This document shows, piece after piece, positions 39,679 through 49,127 of a stretch of 64,000 bases of DNA; the first letter of the stretch is position 1; the number at the start of each line of letters is the position of its first letter. Below the pieces are notes generated by a model that was given only the letters and a program-made list of their open reading frames with translations, had not been told where the DNA came from and did no database searches. This DNA is from Pseudomonadota bacterium. GTDB taxonomy: Bacteria; Desulfobacterota; Desulfobulbia; Desulfobulbales; SURF-16. The translations under genes and the position numbers were made by a program. The stretch is from the NCBI GenBank assembly GCA_018822545.1, contig JAHJKA010000089.1:921-64920 (forward strand), given 5' to 3'.

Positions 39679-39960
39679 TTACTTCATGGAGTCATCTGCC
39701 ATACCGGAGCCCATACTGTCCTTCTCCATGGTGTCCATCGGGGCAGGCATGGTTTCCATCATGGCCCCATCTTTCATGGTTCCCATGGTGTTGTCATGCA
39801 TGGTGTCATCCTTCATGCTCTCCATCGGTGTGGACATGGAACCCTTTTCCATGGAGTCATCCATCATCTTCTCACTATTGGTGGAAAAACAGCCGGAAAA
39901 ACCCAGGCCCAGGGTAAACAGCACTGCCATAGTCTTGATAATGGTCATTTTCGGTTTCAT
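39679..39960 (-). CDS. Methionine-rich lipoprotein (MXKDX pentapeptide-like)
   Basis: Lipobox FSGC24; 17 Met in the 70-aa mature chain (MMDDS, MEKGS, MKDDT, MEKDS). Confidence 0.85.
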   Translation of the reverse strand: MKPKMTIIKTMAVLFTLGLGFSGCFSTNSEKMMDDSMEKGSMSTPMESMKDDTMHDNTMGTMKDGAMMETMPAPMDTMEKDSMGSGMADDSMK

Positions 39961-40045
39961 TGCAATCCCTCATTTACATTTTTTTTACGTTTCCCCTCCC
40001 ATACAGCGGAGAGGCCTTAACCTGTCTTTAAGGTAAGCAGGGGAT

Positions 40046-40085
40046 GTAAAGGGGGAATAACCGCCAGGTAAAGATTGGGTAAAGA
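40046..40085 (-). promoter_or_regulatory. OmpR-family direct-repeat binding site
   Basis: GGTAAAGA at 40067 and 40078 (11-bp period), plus an in-phase GTAAAG at 40046. Confidence 0.6.
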
Positions 40086-40103
40086 AAATGAAACTGAAGG
40101 AAT

Positions 40104-41180
40104 TCAGGCGGGGAGCACAAACCAGATCCGGGCTTCAGACTGCGAGCTGTCGGCCCCGACCCGGCCGCCATGGGCCTCGATAAGCTCCTTGACGATGGCC
40201 AGACCGATGCCGGCGCCACCGGTGGGCCGGGTCCGGGAGCGATCGGCCCGGTAGAAGCGTTCGAAGATATAGGGCAGATCGGCATCGGATATGCCGCTGC
40301 CGCTGTTGGCGACCAGCACCTTGATACCCTCATCGGTACGTTGGCCGCTGATCTCGATACTGCCGCCCACCGGGGTGTAGTTGCAGGCATTTTCCAGCAG
40401 GTTGCGCACCGCCAGCAGCAGTTTTTCCCGATCGGCAACCACCCGGTCAGCCGCCGCTGGAAAATCGGTGGTCACGCTGATCTTCTTGTCCTGCAGCCGA
40501 AGCTGGTAGAGAGACAGCATCTGACCCACCAGCTCGGCCAACGACAACGCTTCGCGATTGAGATAGGCCCGGGCCGCATCGGCCTTGGCCAACTGGCCCA
40601 GATCATCAACCAGGTGGACCAGGCGGAGGGATTCCTGCTGCAACATCTGAAAGGTCTCAGCCGAAGGTTCGATAACCCCGTCATTCAGGCCTTCCAAATA
40701 GCCGCGGAGATTGGTGAGCGGCGTCCGCAGTTCATGGGCGACATCAGCCACCATGGTTTTGCGCAGCTTCTCCAGCTTTTCCAGGCTGGCAGCCATCTGA
40801 TTGAAAGCGATGCCCAGCTGGCCGATCTCATCGGCAGACGTGATATCCACCCGGGCGGAAAAGGTGCCGGCCGCCATGGTTCCGGCAATGGCCGTCATCT
40901 GGGACAGGGGCCGGAGCACCCGGCGGATGAGCAGAAAGCTGAGGGCAAAGGCGAGCCCCAAGGCAGCGACACTGGCCCAGATCAAATAGCGGTGGATGGA
41001 CGCGATAAACATCTGATGGATATCAGTGGGCGACACATCGTACTTGTTCATCAGGGCCATGAAATAGCCGGCGGCCAGATGGTCGATGGCCAGCCAGATC
41101 ACCAGGATAACCACGCCGATCACCGGCACGATGTTGATCAGCAACAATTTCCAGAGCAGACGTCCTTTCACCCCGCTCAC
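40104..41180 (-). CDS. Sensor histidine kinase (HAMP-HisKA-HATPase)
   Basis: Two TM segments, VAHELRTP, NLLENA, FERFYRAD and GAGIGLAI. Confidence 0.95.
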   Translation of the reverse strand: MSGVKGRLLWKLLLINIVPVIGVVILVIWLAIDHLAAGYFMALMNKYDVSPTDIHQMFIASIHRYLIWASVAALGLAFALSFLLIRRVLRPLSQMTAIAGTMAAGTFSARVDITSADEIGQLGIAFNQMAASLEKLEKLRKTMVADVAHELRTPLTNLRGYLEGLNDGVIEPSAETFQMLQQESLRLVHLVDDLGQLAKADAARAYLNREALSLAELVGQMLSLYQLRLQDKKISVTTDFPAAADRVVADREKLLLAVRNLLENACNYTPVGGSIEISGQRTDEGIKVLVANSGSGISDADLPYIFERFYRADRSRTRPTGGAGIGLAIVKELIEAHGGRVGADSSQSEARIWFVLPA

Positions 41181-41866
41181 CCCTCTTCCCGGAATTTATA
41201 ACCGAAACCCCGTACCGTCAGGATATAGCAAGGGTTGGCCGGATCAGCTTCGATCTTCTGGCGTAACTTGCCGATGTGCACATCAATAACCCGATCCACC
41301 ACGCTTTCGCCATGCTGGTAGAATCTGTCCAGCAGCTCATCCCGGCTGAAAAGCCGACCGGGCGAGGACATCAGGATCTGAAGCAGTTTGAACTCCGAGG
41401 AGGTCAGCTTGACCGGCTGGTCAACGAGGGTCACCTTGTGTTTCAGCGGATCAAGGACAAGGTCCACAACCCGCAGCACCTCTTTGCCGGAGCCGTTAGC
41501 AGGCCGGGTCCGCCGTAAAATGGCCTTGACCCGCTCCACTAACTCCCTGGGGCTGAACGGTTTAACCACATAATCATCGGCGCCCAAAGAAAGCCCCATG
41601 ATCCGGTCGATCTCCTCCTGCCGGGCAGTGAGCATCAAAATCGGCACATTGGACTGGGCCCGCAGGCGGCGGCACACATCCCAGCCATCGATTTCAGGCA
41701 GCATCAGATCAAGAATGACAAAAAGCGGCTCATGGCGGCGGCACATCTCCAGGGCCTGCCTGCCGTCAGGGGCGATGAGGGTGGCAAACCCCTCCCGTTC
41801 GAGATAGGTCTGGACCAGCTTGGCGGTATTGGGATCGTCCTCGACAATCAGGATAGGAGGCGGCAT
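41177..41866 (-). CDS. OmpR-family response regulator
   Basis: IVEDD, LDLMLP, GADDYVVKPFS, DVHIGKLRQK and TVRGFGY. Confidence 0.95.
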   Translation of the reverse strand: MPPPILIVEDDPNTAKLVQTYLEREGFATLIAPDGRQALEMCRRHEPLFVILDLMLPEIDGWDVCRRLRAQSNVPILMLTARQEEIDRIMGLSLGADDYVVKPFSPRELVERVKAILRRTRPANGSGKEVLRVVDLVLDPLKHKVTLVDQPVKLTSSEFKLLQILMSSPGRLFSRDELLDRFYQHGESVVDRVIDVHIGKLRQKIEADPANPCYILTVRGFGYKFREEG

Positions 41867-41891
41867 TTCTCTATTTCACTCTTCATGGTCG

Positions 41892-42170
41892 CTAGATGAT
41901 TTCGTTGTTGTCGGGATTGTAGTCCGTATTCTGCCAATCAAGTTCCTCAGGGCTTGCTTCCTGCCATTGGCGGATAATTTCTTTGGCCTTCAGAAAATCG
42001 TCCTCTGCAACATTGAGAACTCCCCAGCCTTTTTGGGTCTGAAAAAGACCATCATAGGCGGTGTCGCGGTAGGTGATAATTTCTGCGGGGATGTGATGGT
42101 CGGCGAGAAGCCTTTCAAGGACAAGGGCCTCTGCTTCGTCAAAGGGCTTGAGGAGGGTTATTTTACTCAT
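41892..42170 (-). CDS. DUF2007-like putative signal-transducing protein
   Basis: EAEALVLERLLADHHIP...LNVAEDDFLKAKEII. ATG 42170 follows the RBS AAGGGG. Confidence 0.7.
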   Translation of the reverse strand: MSKITLLKPFDEAEALVLERLLADHHIPAEIITYRDTAYDGLFQTQKGWGVLNVAEDDFLKAKEIIRQWQEASPEELDWQNTDYNPDNNEII

Positions 42171-42249
42171 ATTTCCCCTTAGGTTACGACCACGTTCAAC
42201 TGCCTTATAGTGCGCCTGAGAACCTTGACAGGAGTGAATAATCCGGAAT

Positions 42250-42726
42250 CTACACCCCAGACCAGTGTTGGCCAATTTCTGCGGCGCTATACCAGGCCAT
42301 GAGGGCGTGACAGCGGTCATCATCGGCAGAGGGTGACCACGGGGCGAAATCCTCTTCCCGGAAAGGAACATAAGGACCCTGTTTAACTTCAAAGATCACC
42401 CCTCCCAGGTCAAGGGAAAGCACGGCGTGCCAGCCTGAGGTGGACGTCTCGATGACGGACATATCCTCCCCTAAAACGGCTCGGTCAATCACCGCACCCG
42501 TCTCATCAAACATAAGCACCACAAAGCGACCGCGTAGTGCGGTGAGGAGCTCCCAAGTTTGCCCGTGTCGGTGGGGACGGATATAGGTATCCGGCTCCAT
42601 GGCAATGGCCAGGCGTTGGATGGGATCAGACAACTCGCCATGAAAATTATGGTTCATTCGCCGGCGCGGCGAGAGCTGCGCCTCCTTGCTGAGGGCGGAA
42701 AGCTGGTTGTAACTCAATTTATGCAT
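42250..42726 (-). CDS. WbuC-family cupin-fold metalloprotein
   Basis: SPRRRMNHNFH, YIRPHRH, WH and FEVKQGPY. Confidence 0.9.
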   Translation of the reverse strand: MHKLSYNQLSALSKEAQLSPRRRMNHNFHGELSDPIQRLAIAMEPDTYIRPHRHGQTWELLTALRGRFVVLMFDETGAVIDRAVLGEDMSVIETSTSGWHAVLSLDLGGVIFEVKQGPYVPFREEDFAPWSPSADDDRCHALMAWYSAAEIGQHWSGV

Positions 42727-42935
42727 GATAGGTGATGCTCACAAAAAAAAGGAAGTGAATAAAAACATGTATGCTCTTACGCCCATGTTACTTGGCATTA
42801 TTATATTTAACATTTGTTTGTTGCACATCTTCGAAAACTACCCTGCACCACAGCGATTACACCGGAATTGTGCCCAGCGAAACTGCAGGCTCCCCCTCTT
42901 GTTCCCATCCTGCCATTGCAAAAAAGAGGTCTCAG

Positions 42936-44000
42936 TTACCTATGTTTCATCCCGGATTTGCCACCTTTCTCAGAACCTTTGCTTTTTTTCCGTTTTTCAG
43001 CATAGGAAGCCTCATTAGACTCTGACTCCCTCTTGAGTTTCGCATAATTATCAGCGCGGTCCTGCTGGAGTTTACCGTCTTGTATCGCCTGCAAAACTTC
43101 GCAGCCCGGTTCATTGGTGTGACTGCAATTGTTAAAGCGGCAACATTGTGATAATTCCAGAATATCATCAAAGCTGTCAGCCATTCCTTCGCTGGCAGCA
43201 AAAATGCCTATCTCGCGCATCCCTGGCGTATCGATAATCATGGCGCCCTGCGCAAGAACAATAAGTTGCCGACGCACCGTGGTGTGGCGTCCCTCGCCAG
43301 AATCACTTACGGCTCTTGTTTTCAAGGTATCCTGGCCTGTGAGTTCGTTAATAAGCGTTGTCTTGCCAACGCCGGAGGAGCCAAGGAGACAATATGTTTT
43401 ACCGAAACCCATCAACTCTCTGATCTCGTCTAAACCAGCGCCGGTCACATTGCTGAGAGCGATTATCCTGGTGCTGATCCCGCCATGACGAATTTCCGCG
43501 ATTAAGTGGGCCAATTCTTCAGCACTGACCAAATCTGTCTTGGTCAGAACAAGCACGGGTTCGACCTGTCCTTCACTGGCCATCACCAGATAGCGTTCCA
43601 GTCTCGGCACATTAAAATCGTAATGGCACGATTGCACGATGAAGGCGACATCAATATTTGCCGCAATCATCTGAAACTCAATGGTCTTGCCGGCAGATTT
43701 TCGCCGCAGAAACGATTTTCTTGGCAAGACCATATGGATGCTCGCCGAATCTTCCGAGTCGTAATGCACACAGACCCAATCACCAACGCACGGCATATCG
43801 CTCGTCGAGTCGGTCCCGTGCAGAAATTTACCTGTGGCCCTGGCAGATACGTCGCCATCCTCATTGCTCACGACATACCAGCCTCGATCAACCACCGTTA
43901 CCCGCGCCAGGCGCTGTTCAGGTTGGCAGAGTTCTCCGGCCTTGTCGATAAACCATTGGTCCAATCCGAGTTCGCTCAATTGTCTGGATTTAATTTCCAT
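42936..44000 (-). CDS. rsgA: Ribosome small subunit-dependent GTPase RsgA (paralog type)
   Basis: TKTD, GSSGVGKT, GRHTT, DTPG and Zn site CRFNNCSH...C. Confidence 0.95.
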   Translation of the reverse strand: MEIKSRQLSELGLDQWFIDKAGELCQPEQRLARVTVVDRGWYVVSNEDGDVSARATGKFLHGTDSTSDMPCVGDWVCVHYDSEDSASIHMVLPRKSFLRRKSAGKTIEFQMIAANIDVAFIVQSCHYDFNVPRLERYLVMASEGQVEPVLVLTKTDLVSAEELAHLIAEIRHGGISTRIIALSNVTGAGLDEIRELMGFGKTYCLLGSSGVGKTTLINELTGQDTLKTRAVSDSGEGRHTTVRRQLIVLAQGAMIIDTPGMREIGIFAASEGMADSFDDILELSQCCRFNNCSHTNEPGCEVLQAIQDGKLQQDRADNYAKLKRESESNEASYAEKRKKSKGSEKGGKSGMKHR

Positions 44001-44415
44001 TTACAGTCTGCATTCCCATCCACTCTCTCAAGATGTGTCATGTATTAAGTTGAGGCACTTCAAGTGACAAAGGCGTCATGAATGTCCGAAGGTAACAATA
44101 TCCACTGAACTTGGCAAACAACGTCTGGTGGCAGACTCGAAGTTATGGGTGACTCGGAGTGCTAAGGTTCGGCGGTGCCTCGTGACGTTGGCCTGTCATA
44201 ATTACACTGAATTTACAAAGGCAAAGCAAGCCCTATGGAAAGGCACGGGTGAAGCCGTCGCACACGATCCTTGGCCACAAGGATACTAAAGTTACGCAAG
44301 AGTCTTATTCGTTTGGGGTTACTGTCATTTTTTGCTATTAATGGAGAAAGAAGGTTTATTGAGAACCATTCCTTGTGAGGCACAGCCTGCCATCCATCCC
44401 AGAGATAGAAAAATC

Positions 44416-45033
44416 ATGCATATTAAAGATAAGATACGCGTTCTTGTGGCCGAGGATAACCAGGTCGTTGCCGAGTTGATCAAACAATCCCTGGCGAAGA
44501 TCGGCTTTGAGATGATAGGCCTGGCCATCACCGGCTCCCAAGCCGTGGAGATGACCATCGCCCTGTGCCCCGATGTGGTGCTCATGGATATTGAAATGCC
44601 GGATCTTGACGGTCTGGAAGCCACCAAGCAGATCCAAAGACGTCAGCCAACTCCTGTTGTTATCCTGACCATCCATGAGGGGGAAGACCTGATCGAAAAA
44701 GCCAGCGAGGTGGGAGCCTCCGCCTACCTGACCAAACCGCCAAAGGTCCAGGAGATTGAACGGGCAATTATCATGGCCCTGGCCCGCCACGGTGACCTGA
44801 TGGAATGCTGGCGCCTCAACCGTGAGCTTGAAAAAGCCCTGAAAGAGATCAAGGAACTCCAGGGCATCCTGCCCATCTGCTCCTCCTGCAAAAAGATCAG
44901 GGATGACAAGGGCTACTGGAATCAGATTGAGTCATATTTCCGCTTACATTCCGAGATTGGCTTCACCCATAGTATCTGCCCGGACTGTGCAGCCCTCCTG
45001 TATCCCGACTTTAACCCCTATAACAAAAAGTAA
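44416..45033 (+). CDS. Response regulator with C-terminal Cys/His zinc-binding-like domain
   Basis: REC domain (AED, LMDIEMP, TKP), a coiled coil, then LPICSSCKKIRDDKGYW...THSICPDC. Confidence 0.9.
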   Translation: MHIKDKIRVLVAEDNQVVAELIKQSLAKIGFEMIGLAITGSQAVEMTIALCPDVVLMDIEMPDLDGLEATKQIQRRQPTPVVILTIHEGEDLIEKASEVGASAYLTKPPKVQEIERAIIMALARHGDLMECWRLNRELEKALKEIKELQGILPICSSCKKIRDDKGYWNQIESYFRLHSEIGFTHSICPDCAALLYPDFNPYNKK

Positions 45034-45253
45034 CGATCGCACGATCAGAAAGAACGAAGGCCTGGGGGCAGACCTCCCCTTCCTACGTCGAGAATTCCCT
45101 TGCAGCACTGGGGCTGCCATGCTAAAAACTGCCCTTTTCCAAGCCGTTGATCGACAACAACTGTCACATTGACCGGCAGTAAACAGCATAAAGGGCCGCA
45201 ATGAAATGGCCAATACTGTCACAGTCTTTTCTTGACAGCCCCTAAGGATTCCC

Positions 45254-46882
45254 ATGATCCACCTGACCAATATCAGCAAACAGCACGGCAGCCAGATCCT
45301 CTTTGCCGATGCCAGCTTTCAGATCCTGCCCGGGGTGCGCTCCGGCCTGGTCGGCCCCAACGGCGCCGGCAAATCCACCATCTTCCGCCTGATCACCGGT
45401 GAGGAGACGGCGGACAAAGGCGAGATCTCCTGCGCCAAGCATACGGTGATCGGTTATTTCTCCCAGGAAGTCGGCGACATGGCCGGCCGCTCCGCCCTGG
45501 CAGAGACCATGTCTGCCGTGGCTCAGGTCATGGCCCTGGGCAAGGAACTGCAGGAGATGGAAGGCGCCATGGCCGAGCCCATGAGCGACGACGAGATGAC
45601 CGCCCTGCTGGAACGATACGGCGATGCCCAGCAGGAGTTTGAACACCGCGGCGGCTATGACCTGGAGTCCAGGGCCCAGACCGTACTCACCGGCCTCGGC
45701 ATCGGTCCGGCTGCCTATCATCGACCGGTGGAGTCCTTCAGCGGCGGCTGGAAGATGCGGATCGCCCTGGCCAAGATTCTCACCATCAATCCCGATGTCC
45801 TGCTGCTGGACGAGCCCACCAACCATCTCGACATCGAGTCCATCCTCTGGCTGGAGGAGTGGCTGAAAACCGAGTTCAAAGGGGCGCTGCTCATGACCAG
45901 CCATGACCGGACCTTCATGAACTCCATTGTCAGCCGGATCATCGAGGTGGCCAACAAGACCATCACCACCTACAGCGGCAACTATGACTTCTACCTGCGC
46001 GAGCGCGATATCAGGCGCGACCAGCTGCTGGCCAGTCACCGCCGCCAGCAGGAGATGCTGGCCAAGGAGGAGGAGTTCATCGCCCGCTTTGCCGCCCGGG
46101 CCTCCCACGCCTCCCAGGTCCAGTCGCGGATCAAGAAGATTGATAAAATCGAGCGTATCGAGCTGCCGCCCGAGCAGAAGGTGATCCGCTTTGAGTTCAG
46201 CGAGCCGCCCCGCAGCGGCGACGATGTGGTGGCCATGACCGACTTGGCCAAAAGCTGGATAGTAGAGGATAACAGTGAGAAGAAGGTATTCAGCGGCGTC
46301 ACCGGCATGATCCGCCGCGGCGAGAAAATCGCCGTGGTGGGGGTGAACGGCGCCGGCAAATCCACCTTTTTGAAGGTATTGGCCGGTCAGACCGAACCGA
46401 GCGCAGGCACGGTCAGCCTCGGCGCCAATGTGGCCGTGGGCTATTTCAGCCAGCACTCCATGGACATTCTGGACGGCAAGCAAACCGTGTTCAACACCGT
46501 GCAGGACGCCATGCCCCAGGCCCATATCGGCACGGTCCGCAACCTGTGCGCCGCCTTTCTCTTCCAGGGTGACGAGATCGACAAACGAATCGACAACCTC
46601 TCGGGCGGCGAGAAAAGCCGGGTGGTACTGGCCACCCTCCTGGCCCAGCCCTTAAACCTGCTCATCCTCGACGAGCCCACCAACCATCTCGACCTCCTGT
46701 CCCGCGAGGTGCTCCTTGAGGCCCTGCAGAAATTCACCGGCACCGTTGTCCTGGTCAGCCATGACCGCCACTTTCTACGCTCCCTGGTGGACCATGTCAT
46801 GGAAATCGACCACGGCGCCATGCATCTTTACGGCGGCAACTACGATTATTATCTGCACAAATCCGCCGAGCTCAAGGCCTGA
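45254..46882 (+). CDS. ABC-F family ATP-binding protein
   Basis: Two ABC domains (GPNGAGKS and GVNGAGKS; FSGGW and LSGGE; DEPTNHLD twice), no TM segments. Confidence 0.95.
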   Translation: MIHLTNISKQHGSQILFADASFQILPGVRSGLVGPNGAGKSTIFRLITGEETADKGEISCAKHTVIGYFSQEVGDMAGRSALAETMSAVAQVMALGKELQEMEGAMAEPMSDDEMTALLERYGDAQQEFEHRGGYDLESRAQTVLTGLGIGPAAYHRPVESFSGGWKMRIALAKILTINPDVLLLDEPTNHLDIESILWLEEWLKTEFKGALLMTSHDRTFMNSIVSRIIEVANKTITTYSGNYDFYLRERDIRRDQLLASHRRQQEMLAKEEEFIARFAARASHASQVQSRIKKIDKIERIELPPEQKVIRFEFSEPPRSGDDVVAMTDLAKSWIVEDNSEKKVFSGVTGMIRRGEKIAVVGVNGAGKSTFLKVLAGQTEPSAGTVSLGANVAVGYFSQHSMDILDGKQTVFNTVQDAMPQAHIGTVRNLCAAFLFQGDEIDKRIDNLSGGEKSRVVLATLLAQPLNLLILDEPTNHLDLLSREVLLEALQKFTGTVVLVSHDRHFLRSLVDHVMEIDHGAMHLYGGNYDYYLHKSAELKA

Positions 46883-46934
46883 TTTCCTAAAGGATGAAAA
46901 ACCTGTTTTGTAGTCTTCTATGAGCCGCGTTCGT

Positions 46935-47450
46935 TCAATTCGTTTCTTGGGCCACATATTTTACCAGCATCTGCATGGCCTGAGTGCCATCCCACCGCAC
47001 CCCGCCGATGAATTTTTCGCGCAGCACCCCTTGCTTGTCGATAATGTAGGTTTCCGGCACCCCTGTCACGCCATACGCTGTGGCCACCTGGTTTTTCGGA
47101 TCCACAAGGACGGGGAAGGTGGCGCCGATTCTGGCGACAAAGGCGTCGGCCAGGGAAGGCTGGTCATTGCTGAGAATGGTCAGCATGATAAATTGGTTGC
47201 TTGGCATGAAGGCGTTCACCTTCTGCATGGACGGCATCTCTTCTACACAGGGAGGACACCAGGTGGCCCAGAAATTAACAAACACCACTTTGCCTTTGAG
47301 TTCGGAAAGATTCCAGGTTTTACCCTTGGTGTCCAGCAAGATAAAATCAGGGGCGGGCTGACCGACCACTGCTTTCTTGGGGGGCGGACCGCAGGCCGTC
47401 GCTAAAAAAAGAAAGCAACACGCTGTGATTGTGAGCAAAAATATTTTCAT
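46935..47450 (-). CDS. TlpA/ResA thioredoxin-like lipoprotein
   Basis: Lipobox ATAC, NFWATWCPPC and GVPETYIID. Confidence 0.92.
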   Translation of the reverse strand: MKIFLLTITACCFLFLATACGPPPKKAVVGQPAPDFILLDTKGKTWNLSELKGKVVFVNFWATWCPPCVEEMPSMQKVNAFMPSNQFIMLTILSNDQPSLADAFVARIGATFPVLVDPKNQVATAYGVTGVPETYIIDKQGVLREKFIGGVRWDGTQAMQMLVKYVAQETN

Positions 47451-47555
47451 TGTTGGCGATCTCCATATCTGGCGCCATGGCGCCCGGTTGGTTATGGTCA
47501 CAGTATCATGGAAGGACGCGGCCGGCGCCCCCCATGACACTGTCAGGAATAGTGA

Positions 47556-48212
47556 TCATTCAGGATACGCGGCCTTGAGCTCCTGCTCGACCAGCAGCTG
47601 CAGCTCCCTATAGCCAAAGGTTACCAGTGGCTTGCCATTGGCGAAAAAACCAGGCGTCTTCGTCACATTGAGCCGCTTGGCATCGGCAAGATCCTGCTCA
47701 ATAATCCTGGTGATGGCAGGGTCTTCCATGTCCTTTCTAATTTTATCAAGATCAAGGCCGGCCCCTTCCAGAAAACGCCAGATCAGCTCGGGACGCGGCT
47801 GGTGATGGCTGGCCCAGTAAGGCTGAGACTGAAACATGGTAGCCAGCGTTTGCCAATACTTCCCTTGTTTTTTCGATGCCTCAAGGATTCGGACAAAATA
47901 ATCAGCACCCTGATGGAAAGGCGCGTACCTGAGAACAAGTTTTATTTTGCCGGGGTTTGCAGCCATGAGCTTTTTCACAAAGGGCGAAAAGGCCGCGCAG
48001 GTTTCACAGGCCGGATCCATGAACTCGACAAGATAAACCTTGGCCGTGTCACTGCCGAGGATGGCTGAATGTGACCTCACAAAGAGTTCAGCCTCATCCT
48101 GGGCCAGGAAACCGAGTTTCTCAATCTGTTTATTTTTATACACAAAACTACCAACAACAAACAAAAGGATCAATAAAGCGGCAGAAATGCCAAGCAGTAA
48201 CGGTTTTTTCAT
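47556..48212 (-). CDS. DsbA/BdbD-family thiol-disulfide oxidoreductase
   Basis: N-terminal anchor, EFMDPACETC and KTPGFFANG (cis-Pro loop). Confidence 0.9.
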   Translation of the reverse strand: MKKPLLLGISAALLILLFVVGSFVYKNKQIEKLGFLAQDEAELFVRSHSAILGSDTAKVYLVEFMDPACETCAAFSPFVKKLMAANPGKIKLVLRYAPFHQGADYFVRILEASKKQGKYWQTLATMFQSQPYWASHHQPRPELIWRFLEGAGLDLDKIRKDMEDPAITRIIEQDLADAKRLNVTKTPGFFANGKPLVTFGYRELQLLVEQELKAAYPE

Positions 48213-48646
48213 CGGGAAAACCTCCTCTTAAGGATGGTGAGCAACAGAAGAATCGAGGTGAATGACAACAAAGAAAGCAGGGGAATGGACAGAAACCCAA
48301 ACAGCTCAATATAATTTTCAGTGCACGACACACCCTGGGTACAGGGCTGGATACTTTCAGGAATAATTCCGACATAAAGCAGGTTGTGGTACAGGGCGAC
48401 AAGCCAGCCTGCCAATGTCAATGGTAAGCCATACCGGACCACAGCTTGGTCATGACTGAGCAGTCCGGTGGCAAAGACAACAACAAGGGGGAACAGAAAA
48501 ATCCTCTGGTACCAGCAGAGGACGCAGGGCGGAAACTGCATAGTGTGGCTGAAAAAGATGCTGCCCATGGTTGAGATGGCGGCAATCAGCCAGCTCAGAA
48601 ACAAATAGTTCCAGTCTGCACCGCTGAGGGTGGATGAACGACTCAT
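48209..48646 (-). CDS. DsbB/BdbC disulfide bond formation protein
   Basis: PCVLCWYQRI, second Cys pair PCTQGVSC and four TM segments. Start moved to ATG 48646. Confidence 0.92.
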   Translation of the reverse strand: MSRSSTLSGADWNYLFLSWLIAAISTMGSIFFSHTMQFPPCVLCWYQRIFLFPLVVVFATGLLSHDQAVVRYGLPLTLAGWLVALYHNLLYVGIIPESIQPCTQGVSCTENYIELFGFLSIPLLSLLSFTSILLLLTILKRRFSR

Positions 48647-48797
48647 AATGATTTTTCTCCGGGGACGTCTACAAATCCGCTCCGACCTCAGCACAAAAAA
48701 AAACTCGTGCTTAGGAAAAACTACGCGGCTATTTAGCAATAATCCATACCCACAACTACTGCGGATGGCGGGATCTATGCGAAGAAGGGCTGAATGA

Positions 48798-49127
48798 TCA
48801 GCTAGATTCGGGAGGGTACTCGATAGTTTGGGGAAAGTCGGACAGAACAGAGGACTGCACGGGGAAATCAGACACACCAAGGGACAGGGGCCGATTAAAA
48901 AACCAGGCAGTTTGGCGCAGATCAAAATGCAGACAAAAAAGACAGGAACATCCCGGCGACATGTCGCAAGACTGGGACGGTTCGTCATGGTTATCGGAAG
49001 GATAACAGCAGGAATCGACCGCCTCGCCTTGACCAAATGCTACTGCAACAACGGGAGCACCACTCACAATGAGAAAGGTGAATAAAAGCACAGCAGTAGC
49101 AACATATCGAAGGATGTCTCTTTGCAT
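48798..49127 (-). CDS. Small exported Cys-rich protein ending in a PP motif (DUF2946/CutF/CruR-like leader)
   Basis: Hydrophobic signal, SCC...C...CSCLFC, a spacer and terminal IEYPPESS. Confidence 0.65.
   Translation of the reverse strand: MQRDILRYVATAVLLFTFLIVSGAPVVAVAFGQGEAVDSCCYPSDNHDEPSQSCDMSPGCSCLFCLHFDLRQTAWFFNRPLSLGVSDFPVQSSVLSDFPQTIEYPPESS

Noticed and set aside
39646-40020. His-rich 124-aa plus-strand ORF
   Set aside because: The CAT codons are the reverse complement of the ATG codons of the Met-rich lipoprotein.
40170-41201. 343-aa plus-strand ORF (and the 308-aa ORF at 38582-39508)
   Set aside because: Antisense shadows of the histidine kinase and msrAB.
44220-44270. GTGCGAC on the minus strand considered as a group II intron 5' end
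   Set aside because: No domain V/VI sequence and no reverse transcriptase ORF nearby.
45242-46525. 427-aa minus-strand ORF
   Set aside because: Antisense shadow of the ABC-F gene.
48647-49036. 130-aa N-terminal extension of DsbB in the ORF track
   Set aside because: It is not protein-like and overlaps the Cys-rich leader ORF; the RBS GGAG precedes ATG 48646.
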